Shown: piece after piece, positions 58,519 through 64,000 of the stretch
Layout: every line of letters starts with the position of its first letter
How positions within the stretch are numbered: position 1 is the stretch's first letter
NCBI GenBank assembly: GCA_963422735.1
Contig: OY730476.1
Location: forward strand, 416,001 to 480,000
DNA: 64,000 bases
Origin: Candidatus Latescibacterota bacterium
GTDB lineage: Bacteria; Latescibacterota; UBA2968; UBA8231
Direction of reading: 5' to 3'
The notes under the pieces: model-generated
What the model saw: only the letters and a program-made list of their open reading frames with translations
What the model was told of the DNA's origin: nothing
Databases searched by the model: none
Translations under genes and position numbers: made by a program

Positions 58519-60237
58519 ATGCCCAGAGGTATTCGCAACTTCGCCATTTTTGTCATCGCTCTGCTCTCGTCTTGGATCATAGGTGTCAATGTGTCGCCGA
58601 CGTGGACGGTCGAACGGATCGAATTGGACGTGAAAACGGACAGCGATGGCAAGCTATACTACATCTACCGCGAAAAACCCGCTTATTTCGAGGCTGTGCC
58701 CATGGCGCAAGCCCAACTCGATCCGGCTAACATTCACGGGTCGAGAACGGCACCGCCGATCACTGAAGAATTTGTCTCCGTGGCGGAGACTGGCCGCTAC
58801 TACAAACTGGTGGCCAAGCGCCACTGGAGCTATTGGTCGCTGCTGCCGGCGGTGGTGGCCGTGCTGTTGTGCTGGCTGACCAAAGAACCGATCACCTCGC
58901 TGTTGGGCGGCATCATCTCCGGTGCTCTCCTGATGGGCCGCTACGACTTCACCGGCGATGTGCTAATCCCCTCATTGGCGACCAAAAACGCGGCCGGAAT
59001 TCTGCTGCTCTACTTGTGGTTGTTGGGTGGGCTGATGGGGATCTGGTCCCGCACGGGTGCGGCCCAGGCTTTTGCTGAGTTTATGACCGTGCGCTTTGTG
59101 CGCGGCCCCAGAAGCGCCAAGCTGGTCGCTTGGTCGCTCGGGGTCATCTTTTTCCAAGGCGGGACCGTCAGCACGGTGCTGGTCGGCACCACGGTCAAAC
59201 CCATTGCCGATAACGAAAAAATCAGCCACGAAGAGCTGGCGTACGTGGTTGACTCAACGGCCTCGCCGATTGCTTCCCAGCTCGCGTTCAACGCTTGGCC
59301 CGGCTATGTGCAGGCGTTTATCTTCGTCTCCGGCGTCAGCTTCCTAGCCACCGAAGCCGATCGCCTCTCTTTCTTTTTTCAAAGCGTACCCTTTTGTTTT
59401 TACGCCATTTTTGCCGTCTTGGGCACGTTCCTCCTCAGCATTGAAAAACCGCTCTTTTTGGGGAGCCAACTCAAGGCGGCGATTCAGCGTGCGCGCACGA
59501 CCGGCCAGCTCGATGCATCAGATGCCGACCCGCTGAGTGCCAAGGAATTGCAAGGGAGCAACGTACCCGAAGGCTACACTCCGCATGTCCTCGAATTCTT
59601 CTTGCCACTGGGTGCGCTCATCGCCGTTGCCGTCGGTACCTTTATCGCCAGTGGATCGCCCAATGTGCAGTGGGCCTTTGGTATTGCACTGCTGTTGGCC
59701 GCGGGCATGGCCTTGGCCAAGGGCATGGCACTCAAAGACCTCATCGCCGGCTTCCACGATGGCATTAAGGGAGTGGTGCTCGGCTCGGTCATTTTGCTGC
59801 TGGCCATCACGATAGGCGGCATCAGCAAGGAGACGGGCGGTAGCATCTTTTTGGTCGAACAGCTCGGCGAGAGCATTCCGTACTTCCTCCTGCCGGTCCT
59901 GCTCCAGCTTCTCACGATGGCCATTGCCTTTTCCACCGGCACGAGTTGGGGCACCTATGCGGTGGCGTTTCCGCTGGCCATGCCGCTCGCTTGGGCGGTG
60001 GCCGGCGCCAATGGCCTAGCGCATCCAGAGCTTTTTATGACCTTGTGTTTTGCCGCGGTCATGGACGGCAGCGTGTACGGCGACCAGTGCTCGCCGATTT
60101 CGGATACTACCGTCCTTAGCTCCATGTGTACGGGCTGCGACCTGATGGATCACGTCAAGACGCAAATCCCGCAGGCGACGCTTGCGGCGGGCTTGGCGGC
60201 TTTGTGCTGGACCCTCGTGGCGTTCTTCACCGCCTAG
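58519..60237 (+). CDS. NhaC-family Na+/H+ antiporter-like transporter
   Basis: [39 protein letters not shown]. Confidence 0.85.
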   Translation: MPRGIRNFAIFVIALLSSWIIGVNVSPTWTVERIELDVKTDSDGKLYYIYREKPAYFEAVPMAQAQLDPANIHGSRTAPPITEEFVSVAETGRYYKLVAKRHWSYWSLLPAVVAVLLCWLTKEPITSLLGGIISGALLMGRYDFTGDVLIPSLATKNAAGILLLYLWLLGGLMGIWSRTGAAQAFAEFMTVRFVRGPRSAKLVAWSLGVIFFQGGTVSTVLVGTTVKPIADNEKISHEELAYVVDSTASPIASQLAFNAWPGYVQAFIFVSGVSFLATEADRLSFFFQSVPFCFYAIFAVLGTFLLSIEKPLFLGSQLKAAIQRARTTGQLDASDADPLSAKELQGSNVPEGYTPHVLEFFLPLGALIAVAVGTFIASGSPNVQWAFGIALLLAAGMALAKGMALKDLIAGFHDGIKGVVLGSVILLLAITIGGISKETGGSIFLVEQLGESIPYFLLPVLLQLLTMAIAFSTGTSWGTYAVAFPLAMPLAWAVAGANGLAHPELFMTLCFAAVMDGSVYGDQCSPISDTTVLSSMCTGCDLMDHVKTQIPQATLAAGLAALCWTLVAFFTA

Positions 60238-60266
60238 GTCTTCTAATTAAGAAAAGGGATTACTCC

Positions 60267-60480
60267 ATGATAATAGGCGTCTCTATCCGCCAGAGGTTTG
60301 CCGATCTTTCCGAACAGGAAATCCTCGCGCTCGCCATTTCGTCGGAGGAGGAGGAGAGTCGCATCTACGCTACGCGGAAAATCCGCGCACGGCCGAGATG
60401 TTCGAGACCATGGCCGCGGAAGAAGACGAGCATCGACGCCCCTTGATTGAAGAGCACCGCCGTCGCTTTGGCGATGTAGT
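60267..60480 (+). pseudogene. Rubrerythrin/MbfA N-terminal remnant
   Basis: FADLSEQEILALAISSEEEESRIY (frameshift) MFETMAAEEDEHRRPLIEEHRRRFGD*. Confidence 0.7.
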
Positions 60481-60587
60481 CCAGCCCGGTCAAAAGACCG
60501 ACGACACCTTTTGGTCTCTGGCAAAACTCCTATCGTTAAAAGATACGCATTGAGTTAGCATTTTTATTTATTTTGGGAGCCTGCGTT

Positions 60588-61595
60588 ATGCCTACCTTTC
60601 TCGACTCAACCCCTCTCTGCGATGACCCGCCCGCGCTCCGCACCCGCATGCAGCGCGACGGCTATCTCTTTGTCCCCGGCCTGCTGCCCGCCGACGAACT
60701 CGAAGCGCTCAGGCTGGGCTTTTTGGCTATTGCCCGCGACGCCGGCTGGGTTAAGGCCGACGCACCGCTTGAGGACGCTATCGCCGACCAAGATGGCTTC
60801 TGCGTCGAGCCGACGCCCGAGTATATGGACGTCTATTGCCTGATGTACGCCCTGCCGCAATTCCACGCTTTGCAGCACCACCCCGCGCTCGTCGGCCTAC
60901 TCGAAAAGCTTCTCGACGGCCCGGTGCTGCCCCACCCCCGCCTCATCGGCCGCACCATCTTTCCCAAGCGCGAGTCCTTTACCACGCCGCCGCATCAGGA
61001 CTTCATCCCCATTCAGGGCACGGCGGAGACCTATACCGCTTGGTTCCCGCTCCACGATCTGCTGCCGACTATGGGGGGGCTGGAGGTAGCCGCTGGTGTG
61101 CATCGGGGGGGCATTTATAAGTTCCAGCCGGCCTTGGGTGCCGGGGGATTGGCGATCACCGACTCCTTTGAAGGCAGATGGACCGGTGGTCTTTTCGCGC
61201 AAGGGGACGTGCTCTTCTTCCACAGCATGACGCCCCATCGAGGCGCCCCCAACACCAGCGAACAACTACGCCTGTCTATCGACGCCCGTTACCAGCGCAT
61301 TGCCGACCCCATCGCCCGAGGCAGTCTGCTGCCTCACAGCCAGCCCAACACCTGGGAGGCCATCTACGCTGAGTGGCCCGACGATCACTTGCAATACTAC
61401 TGGCGCGAGTACGAGCTGGACGTGGTTGACTACGACGACAGCTATCACGAAGAGCGCGACCGCCAGGCTTTGGAACTGGGCGAGCAAGGCGATCCGCTAG
61501 CCGTCTCGGCTCTCCAGCGCATCGTCGCCCGCGACGGCGATCCCGACAAGCGCCAGCAGGCCGCCGAACTGCTCGCGGTCATTGAGGAAAAATAG
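60588..61595 (+). CDS. PhyH-family dioxygenase
   Basis: RDGYLF, TPPHQD, TAWFPL, GDVLFFHSMTPH, RLSIDARYQ. Confidence 0.85.
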   Translation: MPTFLDSTPLCDDPPALRTRMQRDGYLFVPGLLPADELEALRLGFLAIARDAGWVKADAPLEDAIADQDGFCVEPTPEYMDVYCLMYALPQFHALQHHPALVGLLEKLLDGPVLPHPRLIGRTIFPKRESFTTPPHQDFIPIQGTAETYTAWFPLHDLLPTMGGLEVAAGVHRGGIYKFQPALGAGGLAITDSFEGRWTGGLFAQGDVLFFHSMTPHRGAPNTSEQLRLSIDARYQRIADPIARGSLLPHSQPNTWEAIYAEWPDDHLQYYWREYELDVVDYDDSYHEERDRQALELGEQGDPLAVSALQRIVARDGDPDKRQQAAELLAVIEEK

Positions 61596-61629
61596 CGTTT
61601 GATCTGGGGAGATTCTTTAAGAAGAATCG

Positions 61630-61666
61630 CAAGAGCCGGCGGCTGGACCGTCGGCTCTTGTTGTTT
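61630..61666 (+). terminator. Intrinsic terminator
   Basis: CAAGAGCCGGCGG-CTGGA-CCGTCGGCTCTTG followed by TTGTTT. Confidence 0.7.
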
Positions 61667-61785
61667 GGTGCCGCCTGTAAGAAGCATCTTGTAAATTGAG
61701 AAATTAGGCACCTAATTTTTTGTCACAGCAGAAGTAACACCCCGCGCCGTTATAGGTGTTTGAGTAGTACACCGCCAGGGAATAC

Positions 61786-62259
61786 ATGGACGTAGATACG
61801 CTGTACCGTCGCTACGGGCCGATGGTCATGCGTCGTTGTCGGCAGCTTTTGCGCGACGAAGACCAAGCGCTCGACGCCACTCAGGATGTGTTTGTGCGGC
61901 TATTGACGCGGCGCGACCGCCTGCGGGATGACGCGCCCTCCAGCCTGCTCTATCGCATGGCCACCAACCTCTGCCTCAATCGCATCCGCGACACCCGGCG
62001 GCGGAAGACTACGGCCGACTCGACGCTGTTGGAGCAAATAGCCTGCTGGGAGGACGCCGAGGGCCGGATAGAGGCGCGCGCCGTGCTCGCCAAGCTCTTT
62101 GGCCAACAGCGCGAGTCAACGCGCACAATGGCCGTCTTGTACTACGTTGACGGCATGACCTTGGAGGAGGTGGCCAGAGAAGTGGGCATGTCCGTATCCG
62201 GCGTGCGCAAGCGGTTGCTCGGCCTGCGAGCATCGCTGCAAGAGATGGAGAAGCCATGA
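61786..62259 (+). CDS. ECF RNA polymerase sigma factor
   Basis: DATQDVFV, LYRMATNLCLNRIR, GMTLEEVA...SGVRKR. Confidence 0.9.
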   Translation: MDVDTLYRRYGPMVMRRCRQLLRDEDQALDATQDVFVRLLTRRDRLRDDAPSSLLYRMATNLCLNRIRDTRRRKTTADSTLLEQIACWEDAEGRIEARAVLAKLFGQQRESTRTMAVLYYVDGMTLEEVAREVGMSVSGVRKRLLGLRASLQEMEKP

Positions 62260-63017
62260 ACCAGCAAGACGAGCGCCCCATAAGTGATTACCAACTAGAG
62301 CGCTACCTGCTGCGCGAGGGTACCGACGACGAGTTGGCGGCTTTGGACCGCCGGTTGGCGGCCGATTTAGAGCTCGCGCAGCGGCTAGCGGCCCTAGAGC
62401 GCTCCAACGAGGAAGTGCATCGGCACTACCCACCCGAATGGATGCGCGGCCAGATCGAGCTAAAACTCAAGCGGACGCAGGGTCGGCGCGTCCAACGAAC
62501 GTGGAGTGGGTATCGCCTTTGGGCCGTGCCGGCTGTGGCCCTGATCCTGGCGGTGGTGGCGGTGCCCACTCTCCTCGACCAAGAAACGCCGGAAGCACCC
62601 GCGCTGCGGGTCAAAGGCAGCGAACAGGAGCCGCGTTTGCTGGTCTTCCGCAAGCTGGCCAGCGGTGCAGAGCGTCTGCAAGACGAAGCCTTGGCCCAAA
62701 GCGGGGACTTGGTGCAGCTCGCCTACCGCTCCGGTGGCTTGCAGTACGGGGCGATTCTGTCCGTCGATGGTCGCGACATCCTAACTCAGCACCTGCCCGC
62801 GACTGGAGCAGAGGCCGTGCCGCTGGCGGAGCAAGATACCCTCGACGTTGCCTACGAACTGGACGACGCGCCGCTGTGGGAGCGGTTTTACTTGGTGGCG
62901 GCCGATCGCCGCTTTGGCTTGGCAGCGATCAAGGCCAAGCTGGCCGCCGGCGATGTGGCGTTGGGTGATGATGTCCGCCTTTTTACCTTCATCCTACGCA
63001 AATCGGAGGCCCCTTAG
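62256..63017 (+). CDS. Putative transmembrane anti-sigma factor with DUF4384-like extracellular domain
   Basis: ATGA overlap with the sigma gene; single TM; RVKG, GDLVQLAY, ILSVDG, YELDDAP.WERF. Confidence 0.65.
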   Translation: MNQQDERPISDYQLERYLLREGTDDELAALDRRLAADLELAQRLAALERSNEEVHRHYPPEWMRGQIELKLKRTQGRRVQRTWSGYRLWAVPAVALILAVVAVPTLLDQETPEAPALRVKGSEQEPRLLVFRKLASGAERLQDEALAQSGDLVQLAYRSGGLQYGAILSVDGRDILTQHLPATGAEAVPLAEQDTLDVAYELDDAPLWERFYLVAADRRFGLAAIKAKLAAGDVALGDDVRLFTFILRKSEAP

Positions 63018-63040
63018 CTTATAACCAGCGAGGTATAACT

Positions 63041-63613
63041 ATGGAAGCCGTACTGAACTTTCAGCCCGTTATCGATCTGACCGAAGATCAATTTTTTGAA
63101 TTTTGTCAGCTCAATCGCGATGTGCGTATTGAGCGCAATTCAAAAGGAGAAGTACTAGTTATGCCACCAACGGGAGGAGCAACGGGTGTGCGGAATGCAG
63201 AAGTCACCATGCAGTTGCGCTTATGGGCAAAACAAGATGGCACCGGCGTGGCCTTTGATTCTTCGACCGGATTTGTGCTACCCGACCGCTCTGTCCGCTC
63301 GCCGGATGGCGCGTGGGTTGCGCGGTGGCGGTACGATGCCCTGACCGAGGCGCAAAAGAACAGCTTTCTGCCCCTTTGTCCAGAGTTCGTCATTGAACTC
63401 AAGTCTCCCTCGGATTACTTGCCCTCGTTGCGAACAAAAATGGAAGCATACATTGAAAATGGCACCCAATTGGGCTGGCTCATTGTCCCAGAGCAAAAAA
63501 CCGTAGCGATCTACCGTCCGCAAGTCCCGGTCGCAGCGCAGGAAAACCTCAATGACCTAGCGGCCGGCCCCACCTTGCCGGGATTCGCATTGAAGCTCAG
63601 CGAAATCTGGTAA
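63041..63613 (+). CDS. Uma2 family (DUF820) endonuclease
   Basis: IERNSKGE..MPP, FDSSTGF, RSPD.AW, CPEFVIEL.SPSD, KMEAY. Confidence 0.9.
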   Translation: MEAVLNFQPVIDLTEDQFFEFCQLNRDVRIERNSKGEVLVMPPTGGATGVRNAEVTMQLRLWAKQDGTGVAFDSSTGFVLPDRSVRSPDGAWVARWRYDALTEAQKNSFLPLCPEFVIELKSPSDYLPSLRTKMEAYIENGTQLGWLIVPEQKTVAIYRPQVPVAAQENLNDLAAGPTLPGFALKLSEIW

Positions 63614-63653
63614 TCGCCCCCCTTAGCCGACAAATCTACAATCTAAAATCTCT

Positions 63654-64000
63654 ATGTTGTCGAGGCTGAGTGGGTTAATCGCGCTTGTAGTTGCGGCGGG
63701 TCTGTTCCAGCCGTCAGCAGCCGAGGTGCGCCGGTTGATCCTCGCTGCGGGAGCCAACAACGGCGGGGTGGATCGCGAACTGTTGCGCTACGCGGCCTCG
63801 GACGCGGAACAATTCGTCGAGGTGTTGCAGGAGATGGGGGGCCTGGACCCGGCCGATGTATTGCTGCTGCGCGATCCCGACCTAGCCGCCTTCGAGAAGG
63901 GGCTGGCCGATCTGGGTCGGCGGGTGCAGGCGGCCAGCCGGCGGGGGGACCGGCTGGAAGTATTGCTTTACTACTCGGGCCACGCCGACGAAGAGGGCTT
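63654..64000 (+). CDS. Secreted caspase-family (peptidase C14-like) protein, partial
   Basis: Not in ORF track. Manual translation: signal peptide, then RRLILAAGANNG...LRYAASDA...LLYYSGHADEEG (catalytic His motif); runs off right edge. Confidence 0.8.
   Translation, partial: MLSRLSGLIALVVAAGLFQPSAAEVRRLILAAGANNGGVDRELLRYAASDAEQFVEVLQEMGGLDPADVLLLRDPDLAAFEKGLADLGRRVQAASRRGDRLEVLLYYSGHADEEG

Overview
GC-rich bacterial chromosome segment. Three PhyH-type dioxygenases, a sulfatase, FN3 and TPR proteins and a C-terminal 'SWGQIK' motif suggest (inference only) a Latescibacterota/Poribacteria-like, possibly sponge-associated, lineage. Most of the window is housekeeping or catabolic: rnhA, lpdA, PBP1A, cca, an XPB-DUF790 pair, fdhD, class I fumarase, uronate isomerase, hom-apgM-asd, ArgE-like and NhaC-like genes. 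Many gene remnants lie between them: three decayed toxin-antitoxin modules, metF, uxuA, mbfA and HsdR-like fragments, an IS5 scar and a matching MITE. The main candidate for an undescribed system is at 1-8363. A dCache/PAS histidine kinase and a GAFTGA sigma54 activator sit directly upstream of two complete sigma54 promoters (-24/-12 box, shared IHF-like site, tandem TGCG-N9-CGCA sites). One promoter precedes a broken glycosyltransferase. The other precedes a secreted 8-Cys peptide, a stem-loop, a secreted orphan protein, a TPR-only protein and an ABC-2 permease. Other notable items are a selenocysteine formate dehydrogenase (in-frame TGA plus SECIS, split in the ORF track), a ~1750-aa nuclease-like/RecQ/UvrD double helicase, a ~170-nt candidate structured RNA upstream of lpdA, heptamer tandem repeats, and an ECF sigma/anti-sigma/secreted caspase-like module at the right edge. 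All calls come from reading motifs by eye; no database search was run.
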